Source of the DNA: Mobula hypostoma
Lineage: Eukaryota
Assembly (NCBI RefSeq): GCF_963921235.1
Contig: NC_086101.1
Span: 11,596,001-11,660,000 of the forward strand
Direction: 5' to 3'
DNA length: 64,000 bases
Shown: piece after piece, positions 24,501 through 38,280 of the stretch
How the letters are laid out: each line of letters starts with the position of its first letter
How positions within the stretch are numbered: the first letter of the stretch is position 1
Program-made: the position numbers and the translations under genes
Notes under the pieces: generated by a model
Seen by the model: the letters and a program-made list of their open reading frames with translations, nothing else
What the model was told of the DNA's origin: nothing
The model's database searches: none

Positions 24501-26350
24501 CCAGGTAAGCACGTCTACTTCTAGTTCATATCGGTCTATCAGTGTTTTGTAAAATTATGGAATGAATGGTCACCAACAGACTTGTTTATTTTTTTGGAAA
24601 ATAAGGGATATTTTGCTGCCTATCAAAATGGTTTTAAAACTGGAAGATTAACAATGGAATCTGTTGCCCTTTTAGATTGTGATATTAATATAGCATTTCA
24701 AAATAGAAGAGTAATGGTAAGTGTATTTCTAGATATTGAAAGAGCATATGACTCACTATGGAAGGATGGCTTATTAATTAAACTCTGATATGGGAATTTG
24801 AAGTAGAATGTTTAATTGGATCAAAGATTTCCTTAAGGAAAGGACAATTCAAGTAAGAATAGGTGGAAAAAGCTCCAAGTCATTAAAATGGGTAATGGTA
24901 CCCCTCAAGGAAGTGTCATTAGTCCAGTTCTTTTTAATGTCATGATAAATGATATCTTTGATCAGGTAGGGACAGATTTGGCAAATCATTGTTTGCAGCT
25001 GATGGTGCAATCTGGAAAAGAGGAAGAAACCAAGTATATATTAAGTCAGGTAAAAAAGGCTTTAAGATCAGTTGAAAACTGGACTAATAAATGGGGTTTC
25101 AGGATTTCTGCTTCCAAGTCCAAATGTGATTTTTGGCTTTGGATTCAATCACAGCTATCCACAAGAGTCTTTTGCAGGGGATCTCGGACAGCCAAAGTAA
25201 AATTAAAAGATAAAATTATAAGATTTTTAGATTTGGTTAATAACTGGGCTGTGAAACTGAAACTGACTGAGGAAGACCTAGTTGACCAAATTTGCTTGTC
25301 TTTTTGGCTCTTTCCAGAACCAGAAGTAGACCTTTTTCAAGCTTCAAGCAGTGCAATTTCATCAGCGTTGATCACAAATGAATATTTAAATAATAAATGG
25401 GGATCTTATCTGAAGATTTTTACTGATGGCTCAGTGGACCCAGAGAGCAGTAGGGCAGGATTTGGGATGTATGTGTCTCAACTTGGAGTTAAGATTGGTC
25501 ACTGGGTTTCAGATGGTGTGTCTGTCTTTGCAACAGAATTATTTACAATCCTCTGGGCCTTGTGGTGGATAGAAGACTCTCGACCACGTAGGGTTATCAT
25601 CTGTTCGGATTCTGCTGCTGCCTTGGAGGCTATAAGGAAGTAAATCAAAAGCTCGTCCTGACATAGTTATTGAGATTCTCTTAGTGTTTAGAGTAGGGAA
25701 GATGGGTTGTGCAGTTTGATTTTCATGGATACCTGGGCATGCTGGGGTGGAGGGAAATGAAATTGTGGATGGCATTGCAAAGTCTTTCTTACAGAGCAGG
25801 CAAGTAGAAATCAGAGTTCCCCTAGGCAGAGCAGAATTGAGAAGTAGGATTTTAAAAAAGGTATAGAAAAGAAGTGGCAGGAGGATTGGAAAAATGAATT
25901 AAGGGGCAGGCATTATTTTTCTAGTCACTCACTAGTTAAAAAGGTCTCAGACTGTTAATGTTTAAGTTGTAGAAATATGGTGAAATTAACAAGACTTGGG
26001 TTGGGGCATTGTGGGTTAAACTATTATTTAAAGATAATAGGAAAACATCCTACTGGATTATGTGACTGGTAGTCCAGAGATGGTCTGTGTTTTGCTGAGC
26101 TGTAATCGATTAAAAATTTGAAAGAAGCATGTTGTTCAAGAGGCTATCTGGCTTAAATTTATTTTGTTTTTCTATTAAATTTCTGGCCATCAAGAGAATC
26201 AACATCTGATTGAAGAGTTTATTATTCAGTTTATACATGAGACTAGGTTGTATTCAAGAATTTGAGTTCCTTGAAGTTCTATAATTAATTGTACATCCTG
26301 CAGAGGGCTGTAATACACCTAGATGCATTTAAACAGCTGGAAATAGAAGG
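21541..26350 (+). mobile_element. Near full-length degraded I/Nimb-group LINE (ORF1, APE, RT, RNase H), with a small CR1 3' end inserted at ~23297-23430
   Basis: NCQRFGHVAGSCRGK; LQWNARSL...ICIQETWL, GDFNAHN, GSDH; FLDIERAYDSLW, GTPQGSVISPVLFN; IFTDGS, CSDS, WIPGHAGVEGNE; many stops and frameshifts. Confidence 0.9.
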
Positions 26351-27439
26351 AGGAATCAACTAGTTTTGGAAAATGTTTCTGACTGCCTAAGTGTGTGGCA
26401 ACTCAACCCATAAAAGGAAGGTATGGTGAAGTAGAGTGGTCACTTTAGGGTGGATCAATGTAGGAGTGTGAAAGCTGAGGCTTCAAGAGACTTCAGTGAG
26501 GAGAAGGCGAGGTTTTTATTTTCCTTTTTGACCTAGCATAGGAAAAAATGATAGTCAGGGCAGCGGAATGTTCGTCCTGCAACACGCGGAAGATCAGGGA
26601 GCCCCAAGGTCTCCCTGATGCCTTCACCTGGGTGGACTTCCCACAGGTGCTAAACTGTGTCAAGGAACTGGAGGTACAGCTAAATCACACTTCAGCTTCG
26701 CAGATAAATAAACTTTCATTAAAATTAATCAAATATACAAGTTAAAAGTCTACAGAAAAACAGGGTTTAACAACCACAAGTGTGTGTAAAGAAAGAGAAA
26801 AGTGCAAGGAATAACAATAACAACTACCTCGGTTCTAATCCAACACCAGCCTGGGGAGTCTCATGCTATTGGTGGGAATTCTTAAGCATTTGAGCATTTA
26901 GAAAACAATAGCCTAATTATGGACAGCCCTGAATGAGTTTGAGGTGATGAAAGTGACTGAAAGCAGAGCTGTAAATGTTATCTACATGTGACCTTGTCAA
27001 TTATCCATATCCTAGCAGGTTTTGGAGGAAGGAAAATGAGATTCATTTGTAGCACCTAACATCTGTTCTACATTGCCCTTTCAGGTTGTCAAAATGGCTT
27101 CTTGTATGTCCATGGACAATTCTGTATGATTGAGAATGCATTTGGTGAACTGGTGGTTAATTGTGAATTTTCTGTCCAGTTTGGTGAGCTAGTGATCATT
27201 GTATCTATAGCTGGATTCTATAGGTCTGTGAAGTTATATTTATTGAATTGATTTGTGTGAACCCCCATGGTAAGAGTTATGGTTTCCATTAATGCAGTTT
27301 TGAAGATGCTCTGCTGCTGTGTGGGGAGAAACAGGTTGACCCTTTGGAAGTTGAATAAGCAGTGAATATTACATAAAACAGAATTGTACAGCAGGGGACC
27401 TTGGATCTGCAATGCTTTGAGCTAGTTAAATCAGTAATA

Positions 27440-28180
27440 AGCCCCACTAAACACTCCAGAGAAAACAACCCAAGTTTCTTCAACTTCTCATTATTGCACA
27501 TATCCTCTAATCTGGACAGTGTCCCAGGTAACGTTTTCTGTGCCCTCTCCAAAGCTTGCATACCCTTCCTGTAATGCTGTGACTGGAATTGAATAATTCT
27601 ACCTAACTAGAATTTTATAAAGGTGCAACATAACTTCCTGGCTCTTAAATGCAATTCCTCACTAATAAAGGCAAGTATGCCATATCCCACATTTACCACC
27701 ATCTCAACCTGTATACAGCCGCTTTCAGATATTGACTTGGGTCCCAAGAACCTTTTGTGGATCTACACTATTGGGGTCTTGCCTTTACATTTGATATCCC
27801 AAAGTGCAGCATTCATTTGGCTGGTTTAAACTCTATCTGCCATTTCCCTGCTCATATCTCATATCTGTGACTGATATCCCAGTCTATCCTTTGTATCCTT
27901 CTACACTATCAACAGCACCACCAAATAGTATCATCTGCATAATTACTAACCCACCACCTATGTTTTCATTCAGCTATTGAAATATATCAGAAACAGTGGA
28001 TGTCCCAGTATGGATCCATGCAGAACATTACTGGTTGCAGACCTCCAGCAAAATACTGCCCATCAACTACTACCCTGCCTTCGATGGGCAAGCCAATTCT
28101 GAATCCAAGTGGCTAATTCACTATGGATTCCTTGCATCTTAATCTTCTGGATGAGCCACCCATGAAGGACCTTGAAGAAT
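27440..28180 (-). mobile_element. Degraded CR1 fragment
   Basis: ALERAQK...LKKLGLFSLE; GIHSELATWIQNWLAHRRQ. Confidence 0.7.
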
Positions 28181-28736
28181 ACCCCATAAGGGATGTTCCT
28201 CTTTGCTCTGGACAAAAGCTTCCTGCAGAGACTGGCTAAGTGCTCAACATTACTTTGTTTTTGTTCCCACCCATAGACGCCTCTCAACTCTACAATAAAG
28301 TATAATAGCCCTGGACTTCCAAGTTGTGGTAATGATGGCCACATTTTAAATTGAAGGTTATTAAGACATTGGTGATTGGACATGTCATCAAAGATCCTCA
28401 CCTCCTAGTCCATGCTCTTTTCTCATTGCCATCAGGTAGAAGGTACAAGAGCCACAAACTCTTGCCAAGAACAGTTACTACCACTCAACCATCAGGCTCT
28501 TCAAAAAAAAAGGGCAACTACACTCGCTTGTCCGTCCATTGAGAATTCCCGCAACAAATGATCTCACTTTAATTATTTTGTGTTTCATTATTTTTTGCTA
28601 TTTATTTGGATTTGCATAGTTTGTCTTCTGCATTCTACTTGATCTTTCATTGATCCTGTTTACTGGTATTCTAATAGATTTGCTAAGTGTATATGTATAA
28701 AATGAAATAAGTAGTGAGGTGGTGGTAATGGGTTAG

Positions 28737-29216
28737 CGTCAGGGCGCTGGAGCAGGGATCCAATCGCAGACCCAGTACTGTGTGCACAGTGATATTAATA
28801 GAATAACAAATCCTGAGCTGCAAACAAAGTTGGCATCAAAGTTCAGGCAGAGATCAAAACATCCAGAGAAATCCAAAATCCAGGATCGGGAAATGGGCAA
28901 AGTCGGTATTCATACAGATGAAGTACAGATACGAATGCTGGAAAGGCTCAGGAAAATTCACTGGCATAATCTGGCAACAAACGGGTGAAAACGCAGGACT
29001 GAAATACACTGAGCAATAAACAGAGGCAGATGACAGGTGGAGCACAATGAGACACAGGTGGCAGCAATACAGGTAATACTGAGAAGCAGATGAGAGAGTA
29101 CTCAGTAATACAGGCTGGAGTAGAGCAGGAGTGGGAACAGGAGAACATGGCAATGCAAAACCACAGACTGACAGCTAGGGGGAAACACACAGACAGTTCA
29201 ACTGGAGGTACTGACA
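28737..29216. mobile_element. Solo LTR (Gypsy-like) inserted in a Rex/Babar 3' tail
   Basis: Termini (C/T)GTCAG...CTGACA; 5-bp TSD GTTAG/GTTGG; host LINE tail resumes at 29217. Confidence 0.65.
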
Positions 29217-30159
29217 GTTGGGTCATTGTCCGTTCAGAAATCTGATGGCAGAGGGGAAGATGTGCTTCCTAAAATGTTAAGTGTTTGTCTTCAGGCTCCT
29301 ATACCTTCTCCCTGATGGTAGTAATGAGAAGAGAACATCCTGGGTGATGAGGGTCCCTAATGATGGATGCCACCTTTGTGAAGTATTGCCTTTTGAAGAG
29401 GCATGCTCATGCTGCAATAGTATCTGATGTGAATGGTCCCTGACAGTCTTGGAACAATCCTGTTTGTTCACTTATTTACTGTAACCTGTTCTTTCCAGGT
29501 TTCCCCAGAAATTCTCCTGCAATTGTCCTACATGGAGTAATTTACATTGACTAGTTAACCTATTAATGTATGCCTGTACACCTGGAGCATTTAGAAGCTG
29601 AAACTTGGGCATGTGTACCTCTTTTGGACATGTATGTACACCAGTTTGGTGTTTAGTTGCAACGTGGATGTGTAACTTGAATTGCTGATACCCTTTTGCT
29701 TTCACTGAGTTGAACAGCAGAGAGCTGTCAAGGCTGAACAAGAGGCAAAGTCTCGTGAGGAGGTGGTTATCGCCAAGATCAGGAGCAATGAAGTTCAAAG
29801 TAAATTTTAATGTCCAAGTAGATATGTCACCATGTACAACCCTGACATTAATTTTCTTGTGAGCATGCCCAGTAAATCTATAGAATAATGACTATAACAG
29901 AATCAATGAAAGACACCCAACTAGGGCATTCAATCAGAGTGCAGAGAACAGCAAACTATGCAAATACAAAAAAGAAATAATGAGCAATATTGAGAACATG
30001 ACATGAAGACTCCTAGAAAGTGAGTCCATTGATTGTGGGAACATTTCAGTAATGGGGCAAGTGAAGCTGAGTTAAGATGTCCCTTTTGTTCAACAGCCTG
30101 ATGATTGAGGGGTAGTAACTGTTCCTGAACCTGGTGGTGTGATGCTTAATGAAGAAAAG

Positions 30160-31660
30160 TATCAGAATCTGGTTTATTATCACCAGCATTTGTTATAAAA
30201 TTTGCTAATTTAGCAGCAGTAGTTCATTGCAATACATGATATAGAAAAAAGTAAATCAATTAGTAACATTAGATTTAAAAATAGTGCAAAACAGAAATAA
30301 TATTTTAAAAAGTGAGGCAGTGTTCATGGGTTCAATGTCCATTTAGGAATTGGATTGCAGGAGGGAAGGAAGTTCCTGAATCACTGAGTGTGTACCTCCT
30401 TTCTGATGGTAATGATGAGAAGAGGGCATGCCCTGGTTGGTGGGGGTCCTTAATGATGGACGCTACCTTTCTGAGGCACTGCTCCTTGAAGATGTCTTGG
30501 ATACCACAGAGGCTGGTGTCTAAGATGGAGCAAACTAATTTTACAACTTTTTGTAACGTCTATTGGTCCTGTGTAGTTCCCCCTCCCCATACCAGACAGT
30601 GATGCAGCCTGTTAAAATGCTCTCCATTGTACACCTACAGAAGTTTTCAAGTGGTTTACGTAACAAACAAAATTTCTTCAAAGTCCTAATGAAATATAGC
30701 TGCTGTCTTGCCTTCTTTATAGCTGCATTGATATGTTGGGACAATGTTAGGTCCTCAGGAACTTGAACTTGCTCACTCTCTTCTGATATTTCTGAGGATT
30801 TGTTCATGTTCCTTTATCTTACCCATCCTGAAGTCCACAATCAGCTCTTTCATCCTATTGACATTGAGTGCAAGGTTGTTGCTGCAGCACCATTCAACTA
30901 GCTGGTATATCTCATCCTGTACACCCTCATCTCCATCGGAGATTCCACCAACAATAGTTGTGTCATCAGCAAATTTATAGATGGCATTTGTGCTATACCT
31001 AACCACACAGGGAGTAGAACCGGGGGCTAAGCACACCTTTGAGGTGCACCAGTATTGATCATCAGCAAAGAGTAGATGGTATTACCAATCCACACAGATT
31101 GTAGTCTTTCCATTAGGAAGTTGAGGATCCAATTGCAGAGGGAGATACAGAGGCCCATGCACTGCAGCTTATCGATCAGAATTTTGGGTGGATTGTCCTG
31201 GAGATCTAAGGCTGTGTGAAGAACCATTGAGGTTGCGTCTACTGTAGACCTATTGTGAAAGCAAATTGCAGAGGGTCCAGCTCCTTGTTGAGGCAGGAGT
31301 TGATTCTGAGCATGACTGACATCTCAAAGCATTTAATCACCATAGATGTGAGTACTACTGGGCAATAGTCAATAAGGCAGCTCTCAGTATTCTCCTTATG
31401 CACTGGTATAATTGTTGCCTTTTTGAAGAGGGTGGGAACTTCTGACTGTAGCAGTGAGAGGTTGAAAATGCTCTTGAATCATCCAACCAGTTGGTTGGCA
31501 CAGGTTTTCAGAGCTGTACCAGGTAATCCATCAGGGCCTGCTGCCTTGGCAGGGTTCACCCTCCTGAGAGATGTCCTGACATCAGTCTCCAAGACAGATC
31601 ACCAGGTCACCGGGTGCAGCAGGAATCTTCACAGTTGTAGTTGTATTCTCCCTTTCAAAG
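30160..31660 (-). mobile_element. Rex1/Babar LINE RT and 3' fragment
   Basis: YKFADDTTIVGGISDGDE, WCCSNNLALNV, KKARQQLYFIR, ESILTGCITVWYG, NTGAPQ. Confidence 0.85.
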
Positions 31661-34134
31661 TGGGCATAGAACAAAGATCAGATGTTTGAAGCAAAAATGG
31701 AAAGAGGAAGAGAAGCATGAATTGGAGAGGGAGCAGAAGACAACACTGGAAGTCAAAATGAGGGAGCAAAGGATTTATTATCAAAGTATGTATGCAGCAT
31801 ACATACTTAAGGTTTGTCTTCCTTACAGACAGCCATGAAACAAAAGAACCATGGAACCTGTTCAAAGAAGAAAAAATCAAAACCCCTCCACCCCCTCCTG
31901 ACAATACACAAAACAAACCATGAAAATGGCAACAAAAAAGTGAAAAACACAGAATATAAAACACAAAATCAAAAGTTATATTTCAGTTCAGCTCAGTGTT
32001 CCTCAACTCCAGCAGAAGTTATTGGAGAACATCTCTCAAAGATGAGGTGAAACAATGGAAGAACAATTAGAGTTGCTAAAGCAACAACAGCCCACTGTCA
32101 CTGCTTGCGAAACATTTGGTAAGGTAGTTTTTAGTTCTCTGAAATCTGTCACTAATGCTCGTGTTGCATGAAGCCATTTGCTAGAAAATGACTTTGGCAC
32201 AAATGTTGGTATTTTGGTTTTCACTACCTGCGCATGAATCTGAGCTGGGTAATCTCATCTTGTGCCCTTTGTTAGAAATATCGTTAGATTTTATTCTATG
32301 CATTTGGATAGAAGACAGGCTGGTTCTGTGGCTGGCTGGTATACTGACCCAATCCCACACTCTCACTTGGTGGCTAAATCTAACCTTGTGACATTCTTCT
32401 CCCTACCCAGTTCTCCAATTTCATTTTATCAGTTTGAGTGGGTCCCTGGGGCTTTTGAAAATGGGCAGTTCCAAAAATGTTTGACTATCTTGTACCTAGT
32501 TTAGAACAAGTGATGCCTAAATTTGGGTATCAGTTCAAAGGGGGTAGAATTGTTACAGTGCATGGTATGCAGACGTCAGGGACCAGGCTATGCACAAAGT
32601 TATCCAATGATGTTTTATTTTTGTCACCCAGGCAAAATTGAAGACTGGAAATACCAAAATGAGTCATCACAAGAGAGCCTGGACTTGCATTAGCATCGGA
32701 ACAAGGGCCACAGCTTATGGAGGTCACTGCTGGAGAGCCTTTGACAACTTTGCTGTCCATCACATTGCCACCCATTCCCATGTCAGCATCCTCTAATGTC
32801 GCCATCTTCTGCCCAATCAATGCCCCGATCACTTTCTCCATGTCCTTTTGCTTAGCTTTCTGGAATAGGAAGAGAGTTGCCAAAACAAAGATGCCTTCTA
32901 TTGACAGGGGCTTAGAACTGCATGGTGGAACATTAGCACATTTTCCAGTGTGCCAGCTCAGGAGCTAGAGCTTGTAAAACTCCGATCTGATTTTATCGCT
33001 GTCTCTGTGACCAGCTGTGCTGATTTAATGGAGTTGTCTTTCATTAAAGCTGTGCTTTCATAAAGGTAAGGGGGAATCAGTGTCTATTACTTTTCTTCAG
33101 TAATTTCTTTGTGCTTTATATTCTGGTTACACAGCTTGCAGAATCCATTTTGGACAAACTTGTTATAGGCAGATGGGAGGACAAGACTGGCCAAAGCAAT
33201 TACTGGAGCCTTGTTCCATCATGGGTTAAAGCAATGGTCCATATCTTGAAATCTTCATGGTTCAAAGTAATATTTATTATCAGGGTACATATGTCATCAC
33301 ATGCAACCCTGAAATTCTTTTTCTGTGGGCATACTTAGCAAATCAATAGAACAAGATCTGTACACTGTAAACATCAGGAACTGTAATCTGTAAACAAATT
33401 GTGCAAATGCAAATAATGAATAAATAGCAATAAATAATGGGCATGGAATAACAAGATAAAAGCGTAGTTATCCCCTTTTGTGCCTGATGGTTGAACCTGA
33501 TGGTGCATGTCCTGAGGCATTTGTACCTTCTAACTGATGGTGGCAGTGAGAAAAGAGCATGGCCTTGGGTGGTGAGGATCTTTGATGGATGCTGTTTTTC
33601 TACGGAAACAGCTTGGTAACTGAATTATGTGAGAATTCTTATCTTTCTATATTCATATAATTGATTACAAATGTTTGTGTTTGAATTTGTGATTTGAACC
33701 TGCCTTCACTAGTTTGTTTTTACAGCCTATGTGGTAATCTTGTAATAATTTGAAATAAAATATTTTGGATTACTTTGAAGCTTGATTGACCCTTCCTATC
33801 CTTTTGCTCGTAACATAGCTACAGCTATCCTTGGGATTCTTCCACATTGTCTTCCAATGCAACCTCATGCCCTATTTTAGTTCTCCTGATTTCTTTGTTA
33901 GCAACTTTGCTTCCACCACACTCTCAGGCAGAGTACTCACAACTCCCTGGGTGAGAAAGGTCCCCATCCGATCCCCTCTGAACCGCTTAGCTCTTAAAAT
34001 AAACCTTCATCTTCTAGCTTTCTCTGTCCCTGATATAGGAAAAGTCTCCTGCAGTCTACCCTATCTATACCACTTACAATTTTATATACCTCACATTTAT
34101 TTATATTTATTAATTTATTTTTATTTATTGAGGT

Positions 34135-34392
34135 ACAGCATGGAGTTGGCCCTTCTGGCCCTTTGATCCACACTGCCCAGTAGCCCCCAATTTAACAGTA
34201 GCCTAATCACAGGACAATTTACAGTCACCAGCTCACCCACCAACTGGTACATCTTTGGAATATAGGAGGAAACCAGAGCATCTAGAGAAAGCACATGCAG
34301 TCATGGGGAGAACGTACAAACTCCTTACAGACAGCAGAGGGAAATGAACCCCGGTCATCGGTAATGTAAAGTGTTGTGCTAACCATTACGCC
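34135..34392 (-). mobile_element. tRNA-derived V-SINE (HE1-like)
   Basis: Reverse complement has GTAATGGTTAGCACAAC...GGGTTCATTTCCC...CTGTCTGTAAGGAGTTTGTACGTTCTCCCC V-domain. Confidence 0.75.
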
Positions 34393-34991
34393 CCATGTGT
34401 CTTTTAACCTCTCATCTTAAACCCACATGTCCCCTCATTCTTAATAAGTAATAAACCTACATCATCATTACCCTCTGTCAGCACCACACATCGCCACCTC
34501 CAGCCTCTTTTGACACTTCCTCACTCCCCTCCTCTGTCTGCCTATCCACTCTTTTCTGCAGGGACAGCCCTCATAATTTAAACCCAATTACCCTGGCTAC
34601 GATACTACTTCATATTACACCAAATGTATAAAGCCTGTCATCTGAAACATTTCAGAAGTTCAAAGCTCCAGGTGAAATTATTATCAACGTACTTGTATGC
34701 AGCACTTTGTTAACTTGATATAATAACATTCCTTGGTGTGCAGATAATGGATGATCTAAACTGAGCTACAACACAGGATTGGAGTGAGCTGTAAAATTAG
34801 TCAGCTCCATCATGGGCTCTGAACTCCATGGTATACAAGACCACTTCAAGGAGTGGTGCCACAGAAAAGCAGCGTCTATCAGTGAGGACCCCACCACTCA
34901 GGACATGCTCTCTTCTCATTGTTACCAGCAGGGAGGAGGTACAGAATTCTGAAGGCACACACTCAATGATTCAGGAACAGATTCTCCTCTA

Positions 34992-35358
34992 CCATGATAA
35001 AGCTATATAAAATTATGATGGGTATAGATAGAGTGAATGCAAGCAGGCTTTTTCCACTGAGGCTAGGGGAGGGAAAAAAGAGGACATGGATTAAGAGTGA
35101 AGGGGGAAAAGTTTATATGGAACATTGGGGGGGGCACTTCTTCACACAGAGAGTGGTGGGTGTGTGGAATGAGCTGCCAGATGAAGTGGTAGATGTGGGC
35201 TTACTTTTAACATTTAAGAAAAACTTGGACAGGTACATGGATGAGAGGTGTACGGAGGGATATGGTCCGTGTGCAGTCAGTGGGACTAGGCAGAAAAATG
35301 GTTCGGCACAGCCAAGAAGGGCCAAAAGGCCTGTTTCTGTGCTGTAATGTTCTATGGT
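34992..35358 (+). mobile_element. CR1 3' end
   Basis: YKIMMGIDRVNASRLFP...FFTQRVVGVWNELP...LDRYMD. Confidence 0.8.
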
Positions 35359-35544
35359 ACCATCCGATTTCTGAATAGACATTGAACCCACGAATGATAC
35401 CTCAGTAATTTATTTCCTATTTTTGCACTACCTGTATATCTTTCTGTAATTCAGAGTTTTCTTTTTCCATGATCATGTATTGTATCGTACTGCTGCTGCA
35501 AAGTTAACAAATTTCATGACATATGCTGGAGAGATTTTTTAAAG

Positions 35545-36130
35545 ATCTGAACGCACTACATTGGTCAAGAAGACACAGCAGCATCTACAATTTCTGGGGC
35601 GATTGAGACCTGCTCGGTTCCCTGCACAGATTATAGCAACTTTCTGCAGAACCGCCATCAAGAGTGGTTCCATCATTGTGTGGAACGGAAGCTGTAAGGC
35701 ATTGCACCGCAGGACCCTACAGAGGATTGTAAAACCTGCCGAGAGGATCACTGGATCTCCCACCTTCTACCCGTGACACTTACCAGGGGCATCGTAGACG
35801 AAGGACCAAAAGCATTGTTGAGGATCTCTACCACCCAACCCACAATCTCTGACCTATTTCTGTCAGGAAGGAGGTACCGAAGCACCGGGACTAGGGTAAA
35901 GCTTCCTCCCTCAGGCTGTGAGACCCTGTCAACACCAAGGTCTGGTCAGTGTATTAGTTACTTGTGCCTCATACTATATGCATTTTAAATATTATTTTAT
36001 TATCTCATTTATGGTAATATTTTGGTTTGTGCACTGTGTGATTTATGTTTCGTAGGTGCACTGTGCTCCAGCGGGAATGTTGCTTCGTTTGGTCGCAGAT
36101 GTGTGCAGTCAGATGACAACAAAGTTGACA
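35545..36130 (+). mobile_element. Rex/Babar LINE 3' fragment
   Basis: LVKKTQQHLQFL...TFCRTAIKS...LQRIVKPAERITG; SGRRYRS. Confidence 0.7.
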
Positions 36131-36651
36131 ATACATATTACCATGAATGGCCTTGAGATTCATTTTCTTGCACGTATTTCCGGGGGCGGGGGGGGATAGA
36201 ATTTTACGAAAACCATCCAGTAACAGACAAAGGCTGACAAGCAATCAATGTGCAAAACAAGACAAACGATGCAACTAAAAATAATACAGAGAACTGAGCT
36301 GTAAAGGGTGTCTGTAGGTCCGGCTTGCGGTTATTGAAGTTAATCTACGCTGCTTTCCTGTGGCAGTAGCCCATGTAAATGTATTGATTAGTGGGGAGGG
36401 CTTTGCCTGTGGTGCACTGGGCTGTTGTCCTTTCCGTTCCTGGCCATTGGCATTTCTATACCAGATCGTAAGCAATCAGTTTGGATCATCTCCACTGTGC
36501 ATCGCTGGAAGTTTGTCAAACTTCTTTACTACTTGCGCTTGTTTCCAGGAGCCGTGTAACTCCGCCTCTTTAACATTTATTTCATTACTGCCAGCGGGAA
36601 TCGAAACTCAGGGTGTGGACGATAACCTGGACAGGAAGTGTTTTGCACTGA

Positions 36652-36766
36652 ATGGTATTCTGCAGCATCTGACAGCCGGTTTGAGACCCAGTTCGGTATA
36701 TCTGTCAAGTGCCTGTGAGGATCACTTTCGCTGATCTACCTGCCGATGTGGAGTCCCGCCTGTCGA
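36652..36766 (+). pseudogene. Decayed RING-domain remnant upstream of the TRIM-B ORF
   Basis: FCSI*QPV*DPV (36658-), ACEDHFR*STC in another frame (36711-), SPACR (36752-) follow RING motif order with stops and frameshifts. Confidence 0.5.
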
Positions 36767-37009
36767 TCGGAGATTAGAGAGAGAGAGGTGGCCGTGCAGA
36801 ATGCACTCTCCCACCGAGATCGCACGAACGACCATCAACAGGAGTCGGTAGGTGGAGACTGCCCTCCGCAACGATGTCAGAAACACCAGGAACCGCTGAA
36901 ACTCTACTGTAAGGCCGACAAGGAACTCCTTTGTGTGCTCTGCCGGGGCTCAAACGAACACACAAACCATGACGTGGTAGTTGCTCAGGAAGCCGTCCAA
37001 GAGTTTAAG
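36746..37009 (+). CDS. TRIM-B first coding exon: B-box2 (TRIM35/A33-like, RING-less)
   Basis: CQKHQEPLKLYCKADKELLCVLCRGSNEHTNH; donor AAG|GTgagg; start codon uncertain. Confidence 0.85.
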
Positions 37010-37196
37010 GTGAGGCCTTGAAACAAACCCTGACGCATTCTCGGGAATGAATTTATCGCTCAGACCCTTCCTGTTTCTTGCCCCGACTTTAATATGGATA
37101 TCTATACAAAGTGAATTATCAGCACGGGTTTTTGATTCCCAGCGGGAATTGTGGAGCGGGGCCAGCAATAGCAATGGAACTTTCTAGAATGTTTTC

Positions 37197-37233
<37 letters not shown>
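37197..37233. repeat. (TAA)n microsatellite, about 12 units
   Basis: Read directly. Confidence 0.95.
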
Positions 37234-38184
37234 GTACTCATTGATTCGCGAGTGGGAAATTCTGGTCAACAGAGTTTTTACTGGCACATTTCAGCGAACA
37301 ATCTGTTTTAAAAAGGGGAGAAGCATAATTTATGAACTTCAGCAACTTCTCCCTATCAAAGAAATAGGTGGAGGATAGGAGGTAACATATCTGAACTCCA
37401 GTAATCTGACCCACTGGGCTTGATTGACAGTGGAATTATCCAATCATATGCGCCCTATCCGAGATATTGCATGAAGTCCCAGAAATTCATTTTCTTTTAC
37501 GGAATGGAAGAACAGAACTGTGTATCCTCCTACTACTTCTCCTTTGAAAAGTCACATAAAGGTGCCCCTTTCCCACCGCCAGGTTTTCCAGACCACTCTT
37601 TGCCTGTGTAGGGCAGAGACGTTCCAGCTAAAGTAGAATCAGGTTTATTATGACTATATCCTGAAACGTGGCAGCAGTGCAGTGCAAGAGATAAAACGTT
37701 CTACCAGTTATTCTATAAATTTATCAAAGTGTTTCATGTATGTCACCATATACAACCCTGAGATTCATTTTCCTGTGGGCATACTCAATAAATCTATAGA
37801 CTCATAACTATAACAGACTCAGTGAAAGACTACACCAACTTGGGTGTGTAAAAGATATTTCTAAAACATTGATTGCGGGTCTTCAAGCTCCTGTACCCAT
37901 TCCCTGATGAGAAGAAGGCATTTTTTCTAGATGCTGAGGTTTCTTAGTGTTGGGTGCCACCTTGTTCATACACCATCTCTTGAAGATACCCTCAATGGTG
38001 GGGAGTTCTCTTCCCTTCTGTAGATGCTGAATTCCTCTGGCATTTTGATTGGCTTCTTCGTGGAATTAGCACTCGTGTTTTCGATGAGAATAGGTTTTAA
38101 TGTTTTGTTTCTTATTATTGATTTTATAAATACCTAATTTCACCACAAATGGTCAATAATTAGCAGATGCCATACTCCTTCCAG

Positions 38185-38280
38185 GAACGGCTGAAAGCAT
38201 TGCTCAGACCCCTCCAGAACAGGAAGAATGAATGCAAAACCTCAAAAAGGAGCTATGAGAAAACATTAACCACTATTCAA
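38185..38280 (+). CDS. TRIM-B exon 2 (96 bp, coiled coil)
   Basis: ttccAG|GAA CGG...ATT CAA|GTaagt; ERLKALLRPLQNRKNECKTSKRSYEKTLTTIQ. Confidence 0.9.
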
